Shown: one piece after another, positions 27,573 to 40,494 of the stretch
Layout: every line of letters starts with the position of its first letter
Position numbering within the stretch: the first letter of the stretch is position 1
DNA from: Amphiscolops sp. MND2022
Taxonomy: Eukaryota
Direction: 5' to 3'
DNA: 64,000 nucleotides
Assembly (NCBI GenBank): GCA_964187785.1
Contig: OZ076409.1
Coordinates: 20,028,001 to 20,092,000, forward strand
Notes under the pieces: generated by a model
The model's input: only the letters and a program-made list of their open reading frames with translations
Database searches by the model: none
What the model was told of the DNA's origin: nothing
Program-made: the position numbers and the translations under genes

Positions 27573-30500
27573 ATTTAGTGTTCAATAATGACATCTTACA
27601 CGAATGAAAGTCTCACATTTTTGCAATTCAGCCTGTTATTTTTGACCTTCCAATTTTCCTTTTGTTACATTTTTCATTGAGTAAAGTTTTTCCGTGAAGT
27701 TCAATTTTTTCTACAAATACATATGCTGCGAACATAATTTTATGATGGTTGACTTCCGCTTCTATGAGAGAGAAAAAAAGACTTTATTCTCATAAAAAAC
27801 CAAAAAATTCAGCTAATACTTTCAAACAAAACACATTTCGAACAAATACATACAATATAATAGGTACAAAAAACGTCAATAGGGAATGTTTAATTCAACA
27901 GAAATTTGTTTCAATAAATACCAATATGATTACAGGAAGTTGCTTGTCGTCAACGACTCAACCAACCAGCGACGAAAATGGTAATACAATTTTTATCAAG
28001 ACCAGTACCCTTTCGAGCAATCCTAACTCTTTCTTCACGAAGTGCGCGAATATAGCCAATTACGTTTTCCGACACAAAATAATCAGTGGATTTCAAAAGA
28101 GCGATAAAACTTTGGCGAAACTTACATCTCGTTTTTGTTTGAAAAATAGGAAAAAGGCAACACTCTATTTCTAAATGTATTATTGGCCTCAATGACAAAA
28201 CCTTTAATTTGTACAAATTAATAAAACTGAGAAATGAACATAGAGTTGTTTACAAATATTATTAAACATTTTCGAGATAGCAAATTTCGACTAATTTGAA
28301 AAATCAATTTTTACATTTTTTACGGTTTCACAAAGGTCGGTCAATACGGGGTTCGAACCCACGCCGGTCGAGTATCGGCCATACACGTTACCGCTGTGCT
28401 ATGGACGCTTGAAATCAATCCAATTTAATTTGCTAATAAATTAGTTGTCAACAACAGCTGTTTTTTCGCTCTTTTGAAATCCACTGATTATTTTGTGTCG
28501 GAAAAGGTAATTGGCTATATTCGCGCACTTCGTGAAGAAAGAGTTAAGGTTGCTCGAAAGGGTAATGGTCTTGATAAAATTGAATTACCATATTCGTCGC
28601 TGGTTGGTTGCGTCGTTGACGACAAATTTCCTGTAATCATATTGGTATTTATTGTTTATCAGTTGAGATAAAAGGATGAACGTTCTTAGCTCAATAAGGT
28701 GACAAATGGGAAGAACGGAGTGATTTATGAGTAGCTGTTGATAAGAGGTGTTTGTACCAAAAATCCATTTGAAGCACTTTTTTTGAAAATTTTCCATTAA
28801 TTTCAAAGGAGTTATATCGGGTGATCGAGATGGTATCCCATATAAAAGAACAAATAACACTTGTGAGAAATATTTGTTGAATTTTTTGCTTCAATGAATA
28901 AAATCTTCTTTGGATTTTAGTAAGTTTCATCTGCACAGAATCCGACCATTTAAGGTTATGACTTACAATGTTTCCCAGACTCTTTATATAAACAACGTTT
29001 TTTAACAGACAATCATTGATAGTAACAGAGGTTAACCCCTTCAAATATAAACAATTAGTTTTCCCGAGATTGGCAACTTTTTCATTAGATAAATTCCAAT
29101 TGTAGAGACGTGTCACTTTATTGTGAAAATTCAGTGAAGAGAAAAGGAGCTTAAAATCTTTGGCAAACAACCTGATCATAACGTCAAGAAAATTAATCGG
29201 AAGGTCATTGATAAATATAAGAATCAAAAATGGTCCTAGAACTTACCCTTGAAGGACTCCACTTGGTACTGACAGATGTTCGGAAAGGTTGCCGTTCACA
29301 TTGACAACTTGGGTTCTCCCATTGTAACCCTCTATCGCCCCTATTCAACCTCCAAAGGTATGAAGCCATTAAAATATGTGAAATGCTGATCGGCAATTCT
29401 TTCTCTTCAGCCGATTACGCTTGGAAAAATTAGCAGGCAGAATCTCCGGTGTGTCGTTGTGGCAAAAGTGAAGAGACTGCAGAACATTTGTTTCTGGCAT
29501 GTGGTCTATACCAAGACATCAGACCAGAAGACATTGACTCATTGAATCTCTTTGACCCTGAAGACTACGATGCCACTGTCGACTACATCTCACACTCAAC
29601 GAAGTTAAACGGAATTGTATAGCTCTCATCAAAAAACCTAACCTAACCTTATCCAATTCTCAATGCTTATTTTGTACTATTTATACGTTAAACACCCTTC
29701 CGCATATGTGAAATTAGAATTTATAAAATTTCCAATCTGGTGCCTAAAAAACTTAAGCCCTGATTGGTCTCTTTTGGTTGTTTCTCCTGCTTGACCTTGT
29801 TTAAAAGGACATCCGCTTGCACAGGAGATTATGGGGACATAGTCTGAAACTCAAAACGTGCTAGCGAGTCTTTATAAAAAGTTTCGTGTTCAACAATGAC
29901 ATCTTACACGAATGAAAGTCTCACCTTTTTGCAATTCAGCCTGTCATTTTTGACCTTTCGATTTCCCATTTGTAACATTTTTCATTGGGTAAAGTTTTTC
30001 CGTGAAGTTCAATTTTTTCTACAAATACATATGCTGCGAACATAATTTTATGAAGGTTGACTTCCGCTTCGTTGAGAGAGAGAAAAAAACTTTATTCTCA
30101 TAGAGAAACCAAAAGATTCAGCTAATAATTTTAAACAAAACACAATTCCAACAAGTACATACAATATAATAGGTACAAACAACGTCAATAGGGAATGTTT
30201 AATTCAACAGAAATTTGTTACAATAAATACCAATATGATTACAGGAAGTTTCTTGTCGTCAACGACTCAACCAACCAGCGACGAAAATGGTAATACAATT
30301 TTTATCAAGACCAATACCCTTTCGAACAATATCAACTCTTTCTTCACGAAGTGCGCGAATATAGCCAATTACCTTTTCCTACACAAAATAATCAGTGGAT
30401 TTCAAAAGAGCGATAAAACTTTGGCGAAACTTACATCTCGTTTTTGTTTGAAAAACAGGAAAAAGGCAACACTCTATTTCTCAATGTATTATTGGCCTCA

Positions 30501-33500
30501 CTGACAAAACATTTAAATTGTACAAACTAATAAAACTGAGAAATGAACATAAAGTTGTTTATAAATATTATTTAACAATTTCGAGATAGCAAATTTCGAC
30601 TAATTTGAAAAATCAATTTTTACATTTTTTACGGTTTCACAAAGGTCGGTCAATACGGGGTTCGAACCCACGCCGGTCGAGTATCGGCCATACACGTTAC
30701 CGCTGTGCTATGGACGCTTGAAATCAATCCAATTTAATTTGCTAATAAATTAGTTGTCAACAACAGCTGTTTTATCGCTCTTTTGAAATCCACTGATTAT
30801 TTTGTGTCGGAAAAGATAATTGGCTATATTCGCGCACTTCGTGAAGAAAGAGTTAAGATTGCTCGAAAGGGTAATGGTGTTAATGAAAATTGAATTGTCA
30901 TATTCGTCGCTGATTGGTTGAGTCTTTGACGACAAGAAATTTCCTGTAATCATATTGGTATTTATTGTTCATCAGTTGAGATAAAAGGATGAACGTTCTT
31001 AGCTCAATAAGGTGACAAATGGGAAGAATGGAGTGATTTATGAGTAGCTGTTGATAAGAGGTGTTTGTACAAAAAATCCATTTGAAGCACTGTTTTTGAA
31101 AACTTTCCATTATTTTCAAAGGAGTTATATCGGGTGACTGAGATGGGAACCCATATAAAAAAACTAAAGACACTTGTGAGAATTATTGGTTGCATTTTTC
31201 TCTAATGGCGTTTGCCATGGAATTTTTGCTTCAATGAATAAAAATTTCTTTGGATTTTAGTAAATTTCATCTGCACAGAATCCGACCATTTAAGGTTATG
31301 ACTTACAATGATTCCCAGATTCTTTGTATAATCAACGTTTTTTAACAGACAAACATTGATAGCAACAGAGGTTAACCCCTTCAAATTTAAACAATTAGTT
31401 ATCCCGAGATTGGCAATTATTTCATTAGATAAATTCCAATTGTAGAGACGTGTCACTTCATTGTGAAAATACAGTGAAGAGAAAAGGAGCTTAATATCTT
31501 TGGCAAACAACCTGATCATAGCGTCAAGAAAAGTACTCGGAAGGTCATTGATAAATATAAGAATCAAAAATGGTCCTAGAACTTACCCTTGAAGGACTCC
31601 ACTTGGTACTGACAGATGTTCGGAAAGGTTGCCGTTCACATTGACAACTTGGGTTCTCCCATTGTAACACTCTATCGCCCCTATTCAACCTCCAAAGGTA
31701 TGAAGCCATTAAAATATGTGAAATGCTGATCGGCAATTCTTTCTCTTCAGCCGATTACGCTTGGAAAAATTAGCAGGCAGAATCTCCGGTGTGTCGTTGT
31801 GGCAAAAGTGAAGAGACTGCAGAACATTTGTTTCTGGCATGTGGTCTATACCAAGACATCAGACCAGAAGACATTGACTCATTGAATCTCTTTGACCCTG
31901 AAGACTGCGATGCCACTGTCGACTACATCTCACACTCAACGAAGTTAAACGGAATTGTATAGCTCTCATCAAAAAACCTAACCTAACCTTATCCAATTCT
32001 CAATGCTTATTTTGTACTATTTATACGTTGAACACCCTCCCGCATATGTGAAATTAGAATATATATAATTTCCCAATCTGGTGCCTGAAAAACTTAAGCC
32101 CTGATTGGTCTCTTTTGGTCGTTTCTCCAACTTGACCTTGTTTAGAAGGACATCCGCTGGCACAGGAGATAATTGGGACCTGGTCTGAAACTCAAAGCGT
32201 GCTAGCGAGTCTCTGTATAAAAAATTTAGTGTTCAATAATGACATCTTACACGAATGAAAGTCTCACATTTTGCAATTCAGCCTGTTATTTTTGACCTTC
32301 CAATTTTCCTTTTGTTACATTTTTCATTGGGTAAAGTTTTTCCGTGAAGTTCAATTTTTTCTACAAATACATATGCTGCGAACATAATTTTATGATGGTT
32401 GACTTCCGCTTCAATGAGAGAGAGAAAAAGACTTTATTCTCATAGAGAAACCAAAAGATTCAGCTAATACAATTAAACAAAACACATTTCGAACAAATAC
32501 ATACAATATAATAGGTACAAACAACGTCAACAGAGAATGTTTAATTCAACAGAACTTTGTTAACAGCTGTTTTATCACTCGTTTGAAATCCACTGATTAT
32601 TTTGCGTCGGAAAAAGTAATTGGCTATATTCGCACACTTCGTGAAGAAAGAGTTAAGATTGCTCAAAAGGGTATTGGTCTTTAAAAAAATTGAATTACCA
32701 TATTCGTCGCTGGTTGGTTGAGTCGTTGACGACCAGAAAATTCCTGTAATCATATTGGTATTTATTGTTCATCAGTTGAGATAAAGGATGAACGTTCTTA
32801 GGTCAATAAGGTGACAAATGACAAGAATGGAGTGATTTATGAGTAGCTGTTGATAAGAGAGGTTTGTACCAAAAATCCATTTGAAGCACTGTTTTTGAAA
32901 ATTTTTCATTATTTTCAAAGGAGTTATATCGGGTGACCGAGATGGGATCCCACATAAAAGAACAAATAACACTTGTGAGAAATAATGGTTGAATTTTTCT
33001 CTAGTGGGGTTTGCCATGGAATTTTTTGCTTCAATGAATAAAAACTTCTTTGGATTTTAGTAAGTTTCATCTGCACAGAATCCGACAATTTAAGGTTATG
33101 ACTTACAATGATTCCCAGCTTCTTCGTATAATCAACGTTTTTTAACAGACAATCATTGATAGTAACAGAAGTTAACCCCTTCAAATTTAAACAATTAGTT
33201 TTCCCGAGATTGGCAACCATTCCATTTGATAAATTCCAATCGTAGAGACGTGTCAGTTCATTGTGAAAATTCACTGAAGAGAAAAGGAGCTTAATATCTT
33301 TGGCAAACAACCTGATCATAGCGTCAAGAAAAAAACTCGGAAGGTCATTGATAAATATAAGAATCAAAAATGGTCCTAGAACTTATCCTTGAAGGACTCC
33401 ACTTGGTACTGACAGATGTTCGGAAAGATTGCCGTTCACATTGACAACTTGGGTTCTCCCATTGTAACACTCTATCGCCCCTATTCAACTTCCAAAGGTA

Positions 33501-35260
33501 TGAAGCCATTAAAATATGTGAAATGCTGATCAGCGATTCTTTCTCTTCAGCCGATTACGCTTGGAAAAATTTGCAGGCGGATTCTCCAATATGTCGATGT
33601 GGCAAAAGTTAAGAGACTGTAGAACATTTCTTTCTGGCATGTGGTCTATACCGAGACGTCAGACCAGAAGACATTGACTCATTGATACTCTTTGACCCTG
33701 AAGACTGCAATTACACTATCGACTACTTCTCGCATTCAGCGAAGTTAAACAGACTCGTATAGCTCTCATCATTAAAACCTAACCTAACTTATCCAACTCT
33801 CAATGCTTTTTTTGTGTTACAGATACGTTGAACTCCCTCTCGCAAATGTGACATTAAAGTATATATAATTTACTAATCTGGTGCCTAAAAAACTTAAGTC
33901 TTGATTGGTCTCACTTGGACTTTTCTCCTGCTTGATTCTGTTTAGAAGGACATCCGCTTGCACAAGAGATTATGGGGACCTGGTCTGAAACTCAAAACGT
34001 GCTAGCGAGTCTTTATAAAAAGTTTCGTGATCAATAATAACATCTTACACAAATGAAAGTCTCACCTTTTTGCAATTCAGCCTGTCATTTTTGACCTTTC
34101 GATTTCCCATTTGTAACATTTTTCATTGGGTAAAGTTTTTCCGTGAAGTTCAATTTTTTCTACAAATACATATGCTGCGAACATAATTTTTTGATGGTTG
34201 ACTTCCGCTTCTATGAGAGAGAGAAAAAGACTTTATTCTCACAGAGAAACCAAAAGATTCAGCTAATACATTTAAACAAAACACAATTCGAACAAGTACA
34301 TACAATATAATAGGTACAAACAACGTCATTAGAGAATGTTTATTTCAACAGAAATTTGTTAACAGCTGTTTTTTCGCTCTTTTGAAATCCACTGATTATT
34401 TTGTGTCGGGAAAGGTAATTGGCTATATTCGCGCACTTCGTGAAGGAAGAGTTAAGATTGTTCGAAAGGGTATTGGTCTTGATAAAAGTTGAATTACCAC
34501 ATTCGTCGCTGGTTGGTTGACTCGTTAACGACAAAAAATTTCCTGTAATCATATTGGTGTTTATTGTTCATCAGTTGAGATAAAAGGATGAACGTTCTTA
34601 GCTCAATAAGGTGACAAATGGGAAGAATGAAGTGATTTATGAGTAGCTGTTGATAAAAGGTGTTTGTACCAAAAATCCATTTGAAGCACTGCTTTTGAAA
34701 ACTTTCCATTATTTTAAAGGAGTTATATCGAGTGACCGAGATGGAATCCCATATAAAAGAACAAATAACACTTGTGAGAAATAAAGGTTGAATGTTTGGC
34801 TAATGGGGTTTGCCTTGGAATTTTTTGCTTCAATGAATAAAAACTTCTTTGGACATTTGTAAGTTTCATCTGCACAGAATCCGTCCATTTAAGGTTAAGA
34901 CGTACAATGATTCCCAGATCCTTTGTATAATCAACGTTTTTTTTAGACAATCCTTGATAGTAACAGAGGTTAACCCCTTCAAATTTAAACAATTAGTTTT
35001 CCCGAGATTGGCAATTATTTCATTAGATAATTTCCAATTGTAGAGACGTGTCACTTCATTGTGAAAATTCAGTGAAGAGAAAAGGAACTTAAAATATTTG
35101 GCAAACAACCTGATCATAGCGTCAAAAAAATACTCGGAAGGTCATTGATAAATATAAGAATCAAAAATGGTCCTAGATCTTACCCTTGAAGGACTCCACT
35201 TGGTACTGACAGATGTTCGGAAAGATTGCTGTTCACATTGACAACTTGGGTTCTCCCATT
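27011..35260. repeat. Four-unit tandem array of tail-to-tail LINE 3' ends
   Basis: Units start at 27011, 29322, 31662 and 33462 (periods ~2311, 2340, 1800, 1797 bp). The junction gggttctcccatt|gtaac recurs. Confidence 0.95.
28335..28408 (-). other. tRNA-like (Pol III A/B box) sequence, SINE head or tRNA pseudogene; identical copy at 30644-30717
   Basis: TAGCACAGCGG (A-box) and GGTTCGAACCC (B-box). Acceptor and anticodon stems pair poorly. Confidence 0.65.
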
Positions 35261-35272
35261 AAGATAAGGTTT

Positions 35273-35819
35273 AACAAGCCGAGAACGGCCAAAGTCGGCG
35301 CCATATCTAAGGCTCAAAATTTAAAAGGGGTACCCTTCGGGCTTTGTGAAACTCCAGCTGGTTGCAAAAAAAATTCAAAAAATGAAGGGGGGCCCTTTGG
35401 GGACATGAAAAAATTTCCCCGAAAAAACATTTTAAATGATATTTTTGAACAGAGTCACAGTGCCGAAAAATGTAAAAAGGGGGACCCTTTGCAATTTTTT
35501 GACATCCATTGTGTTGCAAAATATCGAAACAAATGAAAGGGGACCCTCTGGTGCAATCCAAAAAAACTTCAACAAACAAGTCGCATAGTGCCGAAAAAAA
35601 GTGGGGCTAAGGTGGGATCTTTAGTGTGTTTTCGAGGTTGTGGGCGTCTGTTTTGTTTTTTCTTTTCGTTTTGGACGCGCTTCTGACGTTGGAGTTGTTG
35701 AGGTTTGAAGTTGTTGAGGTTTGAGGTTGTTGAACAAATGAACAAAAAAGTGGACCTTTCGTGTCTAAAAAAACTGTAGTAGTCAGGCACATTTTCTACT
35801 AAAATGCGCTGATTAAAAA
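35273..35819 (-). mobile_element. Non-autonomous Helentron-associated element (HINE/DINE-1-like)
   Basis: Subterminal IR agtcggcgc (35293) / gcgctgatt (35806), partial IR beside one subTIR (35781-35814), terminal hairpin gccg-agaa-cggc (35278-35289), inserted in a T run with no TSD. Confidence 0.7.
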
Positions 35820-37958
35820 GCAGGAGAAGCTCTGAATCAAATCCAAAGAGCTTCATTTTGGATACTAAAATTTGGTGAGGGACTTCATCGAACGCTTTTC
35901 GTAATCCAAATAGACGAAGAAAAGAATTTAGAAAGACTTTAGAAAAAAATAGATGGGGAAGGAAGCTAGATTTATTGCATTATAGTGTTTCCAGATATTA
36001 TATTAATTGAAGTACAGCATTCTTCCGAGATTGGAAGCCGAATTGTTTAGGGTGAAGTTGAGCTTTGCACAATCCAAAAAGATAAACGAAAAGCAGCCGT
36101 TCAAAAATTAGCAAGATTTCTGACCCTAAACTGATGGGACGGTAGTTTTCAATGCTGGCCTTGGATAGGTTTTGTGCAAGGGTCTGATGAAGGCAACTTT
36201 CCATAATGCGGGGAAGGATTTACAGTCAGTAATAGAGAAAAAAAGATACGCAAGAAGATCAGCAAGCATTTGGAACTTTTTTCAAAAGATGTGAGGGAAA
36301 ATATTCATTGGTGGGATAAGTAGACACTTTGGTTCTCATTATTTCATTCAGGAAGAGATCAGGTCGAATATAGAATTTGAACTCCTTGAGCCTTATGAAC
36401 TCCGAAGATGAGTATGCAACGCTAGTATAAGAAGCGGTGTTGATATTTTCTGCAAAGAACTTATTGAAACTGTTTGCAATATCGACAGGATTTTTATGGC
36501 GTTCTTGATCAAAGAACATAATCTTTGGATAGTCAGAGGACTTTAAACTTCTCAGAAGGGCGAAACAATCGGAGAGATTAGAAGTCATTAACCCATTAAT
36601 GAAACAAAGTTTATCCATTTCGGAAAACTCACGGAACTCAATTTCCAATTCAGAAAGTCGATAGATATTGGTTTTAGATGGGTTTTTGGTCAATTTTCCT
36701 TCTTATTGTGTTTAACATATTCAAAATACGCATCGTTATTGAGCTGTAAAAAAGGGTTAGCTGTACATTTCATTACGTTTCTGCCTAAAAATTGTTTCAA
36801 CACTGGACCAAAGGAGTTCATAGAACCTAGTAACGTCGTTAGTATTAGGTGAGTCTTCAAAGGCAAAAAAGTTCCAAGAATCAATAAATTTTTCTAGATG
36901 TCAATTCTTGAAATAGTTGGATAATGATAGCTTAACTGAAGATCTCTGCGCACCTGACTGTAGACAAAAGCACCATCTGAGCTGGTTAGGATGTTACCAA
37001 GAGTGTTTCCCAGTTTATGCGACGGGGTATCATGAAGAAGAGGTTCAAAGAAAAATCGCGAAAGACATTACAACGTCCTGTTCTATTTGAACAGAACAAG
37101 TCATTGAGGGCCAGTTACAAGATGGAACATTGAGATCGCCTACGAGGAAGTAAGTAACGTTTGAGTAATTTTGGTTAGTCCTGAGTTGACAGTTTTGGAT
37201 GAAAGGTTCAACTTAAAATGGTATGACTCTCTAATCGCTTATTCTTGGTGGGGGATCAACACAGATGAAAGCAAGAGCATGAGAATAGTTCTCCACGACG
37301 AAGCAGACACCAAAAATTTGTCTAATTTCATAATTATTTCTTTTGAAATCACGTTGCTTTTTTTATCTGGAGAACTACTAGCCCACCGTGTTGACAGTCA
37401 GGCCTGTCAATCCTAGTTACTACCTCAAATTGTTTAAAGAGAGGAAAAATTCCGCTGAGAGTTTTGGTGTCTAGCCAGGTTCCGGATAAACATAACGATT
37501 TCAATTTCATAAAGCCTGAGGTAGTTAAGTAGAGTCAGTTGCTTGCTGATTGGATTATTGGATTTAACGTTGTTTTGTGTGTTTGATTGTCAATGGGTAG
37601 TATTTTGGGTCGTTGTTTTGTTTTTGAGTTTTTCATATAGTATGAATAAGTTATACTTTTCTCCAGGGTTAATGTATACACCATTGTGGAATAATTTCTG
37701 ATCTCTTATTCTCAAAAAATCTCGATTTAATCCAAGCTGAATCAGCTCATATCGTTCACTTAGCAGATCTTTCTCTTCTATTTGATCCTTCCAGCAGAGT
37801 TTTGGTTCAACGAAGATCTTAGTACCATTCAGAAGGAAAGCGTTGCTCGAAATTATGCGCTGATCATGTCTGGAAGTTAATGATCTCAACGAGACGTGGT
37901 CTAGCGGTAGATTTTGGCTTGAATTTACCGAGTCTTTACCGAGTCATATTTTCGAAGC

Positions 37959-37997
<39 letters not shown>

Positions 37998-38182
37998 AAA
38001 AAAACGTTTCATGAGACTAAAAGGTCTCTTTGGATTTTTCGGCAATATGCGACTTTTTTATCAGATACTTTCTTTGATAAAAAGCTTTCGGAGTGACTGT
38101 AAATAGGTCGAATTTTTCTGGTCGAAAGGACAGAGGTCGAACCTTTTGATCGAATTGCAGGGATCGAATGGAATGCGGTCGA

Positions 38183-38516
38183 ATTTTGAAAACCAAGGTT
38201 GTAGGGGTTCCGTAACTGCATCACCTGATACTTATGCTGAGAAAACGAGCATCAATCATGACGAACTTGAACTGCAGATGTCAGTTGATTCTCTTCACGT
38301 TGATGTTTCTGCGAAGAAGCAAGTTGAACAAATAACATATCTTTTACCCAAAAATATCTCATCCAACGTTAATCACAATCGAATGAGCTCTCGAGTATCC
38401 TACCTTAGCAGAAGATCCAATCGTTTGAAGCATAAAATGAGGAAACTGCAGATGTGTCAAATAGGACTCCAAGTAGCTCCAAACCCCTGTGATGAAAACT
38501 CAAGTCGATCAAAATC
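38183..38516 (+). pseudogene. 334-bp duplicated fragment of the KANSL1-like coding exon
   Basis: Matches 40499-40832 with 3 substitutions seen. Confidence 0.95.
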
Positions 38517-38742
38517 CAAGCTGAATCAGCTCATATCGTTCACTTAGCAGATCTTTCTCTTCTATTTGATCCTTCCAGCAGAGTTTTGGTTCAACGAAGA
38601 TCTTAGTACCATTCAGAAGGAAAGCGTTGCTCGAAATTATGCGCTGATCATGTCTGGAAGTTAATGATCTCAACGAGACGTGGTCTAGCGGTAGATTTTG
38701 GCTTGAATTTACCGAGTCTTTACCGAGTCATATTTTCGAAGC

Positions 38743-38779
<37 letters not shown>

Positions 38780-39313
38780 AAAAAAACGTTTCATGAGACT
38801 AAAAGGTCTCTTTGGATTTTTCGGCAATATGCGACTTTTTTATCAGATACTTTTCTCAAAGTGGCGATTTTCTCACAAAAATATGCACTTTTGGGTCTTC
38901 ATTGGGGGTAGAAGATTCTGGAATGTTGTACAGAAGAAAGGTTTCTCGAGCTTTGCTATCATATTCACGTTCATCAAGGGTTTCCTTCATAGCGTCTGTA
39001 TACAAAAGATGTTGATTTGAATTTGGAATCTGTCCGTCGGTTTCAGAAGTGGCCGGTTTTCGTTCGATGGACTTTACTGTTTGTGCTGTTTCAGACAACA
39101 CTCCTCTAAGTTGCTTTTTACTTTCACCCAATTGCGACAGAGATTCTCGGAGCAAATACTCGAGAGTAGATTTTCTAGCTTTAGACGTCATTTTCGAAGC
39201 ATCATCTCTCTCTCTCTCTCTAAAAATACGTTTCATGAGCCTAAAAGGTCTCTTTGGATTTTTCGGCAATATGCGACTTTTTTATCAGATACTTTCTTTG
39301 ATAAAAAACTTTC

Positions 39314-39663
39314 GGAGTGACTGTAAATAGGTCGAATTTTTCTGGTCGAAAGGACAGAGGTCGAACCTTTTGATCGAATTGCAGGGATCGAATGGAATGC
39401 GGTCGAATTTTATCGTATTTGTTGTATGGCTCGGTCGCTTCGCTCCCTTCGCCAAGTAGCAACATTGAGGCATGGCCATATGGCACGTCGCTCCGCTTCG
39501 CTTCGCTCCTGCATTCAGGGCACTAGGAGTATGTGAACATATCTGACTACGTTATAAAAATTTCGATCCGAGTTGTTTCGATCCCATTCAAAAATTCGGT
39601 ATGTCGACATGAGGACCAACTCTGATTTTCGATCCCGTTCCTTCGACCTATTTCCGCTCACCC
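39314..39663 (+). mobile_element. Foldback MITE carrying core A (39415-39556)
   Basis: TIR-like ends ggagtgac.gtaaataggtcgaa / ttcgacctatttccgctcaccc with repeated (g)tcgaa motifs. Confidence 0.7.
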
Positions 39664-40494
39664 AAGGCAAGCTTCAGACGAAAAAGTAGCTTATTCCCCG
39701 TCTAGGCTAAATGAGTGAGAACTAAGTGAGTGAGAGAGTGTAGGTAGAGAAGAGTGAATGAAGTGAGTCGATTTATGGCAGAATTCGTAAAAAAACGCAG
39801 TTCAGGCAGAGACTCTCTCTCGCAATCCAGGCAGGCAATGCGGCCAGTGTAGTTGGAACGGTTCGGGACGAAGACCACTTAAGCGAACTTTACTACTTGT
39901 AAATCTGTGTTCAATGACCGTTTTGTTTAATCAAGAAATTTATGTTCTTTGCTTCATTATCGTTACCTTTTCACGATGCTTCATTATCGTTACCTTTTCA
40001 CGAGCCTCATTGAGTTTCTGTATTGAAATGTCCTCGATCCATTGAACTCTCAGGTTGCATGATCTCGTTTCTCAATTCTTTGTTTCCTATCTTGGTTGGA
40101 TTTTTTTTGTCTGTCGCCCGGGCTGGGGGCACATGATGAATGAAGCGTTTTTTAAAACGCTGATTGATGACGATCCAATTCTGAACTCTTTTCAAATGTT
40201 GCTCAACTGTCTGCCTACATCAAAAATCTTCAAGACTCATTTAGAGCAACTTTGAGTTGGTTTCTATAACGATTAAAATATGGACTATTTTTGAAGCTTC
40301 GAATTTATAACGACTTCTCTATGACGAATTGTTTTGAAAATTTTTGAAGGACCGCATATCGCTGTAAATTTATATTAGGTGTTCACTTGTGATTGCGTCA
40401 TCTGTAGAATCCTAAACTGATGAAAGTCACATCGCCACACTGCGTGCCATCTGTTTTCTCTTCCTGTTTTTCTAGAAGTGGTGCTGATATTTCC

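Larger units (their letters stand above)
34020..39195 (-). mobile_element. LINE-B: decayed full-length CR1/L2-group LINE, interrupted by a HINE and a complex rearrangement
   Basis: ORF1 (MTSKARKS...LLYNIPES; KIFVEPKL...LRIRDQKLF), EN remnants at 37000-37570, RT (NYRPISL, QFGF). The frame LLLF|KPYLNGRTQ is rejoined across the insert at 35273-35819. Confidence 0.85.

Noticed and set aside
28335..28408. Functional tRNA gene
   Set aside because: Acceptor and anticodon stems do not pair properly; kept only as tRNA-like.
38146..38547. 133-aa ORF as a KANSL1 paralogue
   Set aside because: It is a 334-bp exon fragment with MITE- and LINE-derived ends and a non-ATG start.
40420..40494. N-terminal extension of the 481-aa ORF
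   Set aside because: It overlaps a polypyrimidine tract and AG acceptor, so it is probably intronic. Likewise 41796-41865 and 42228-42295 are intron read-through.
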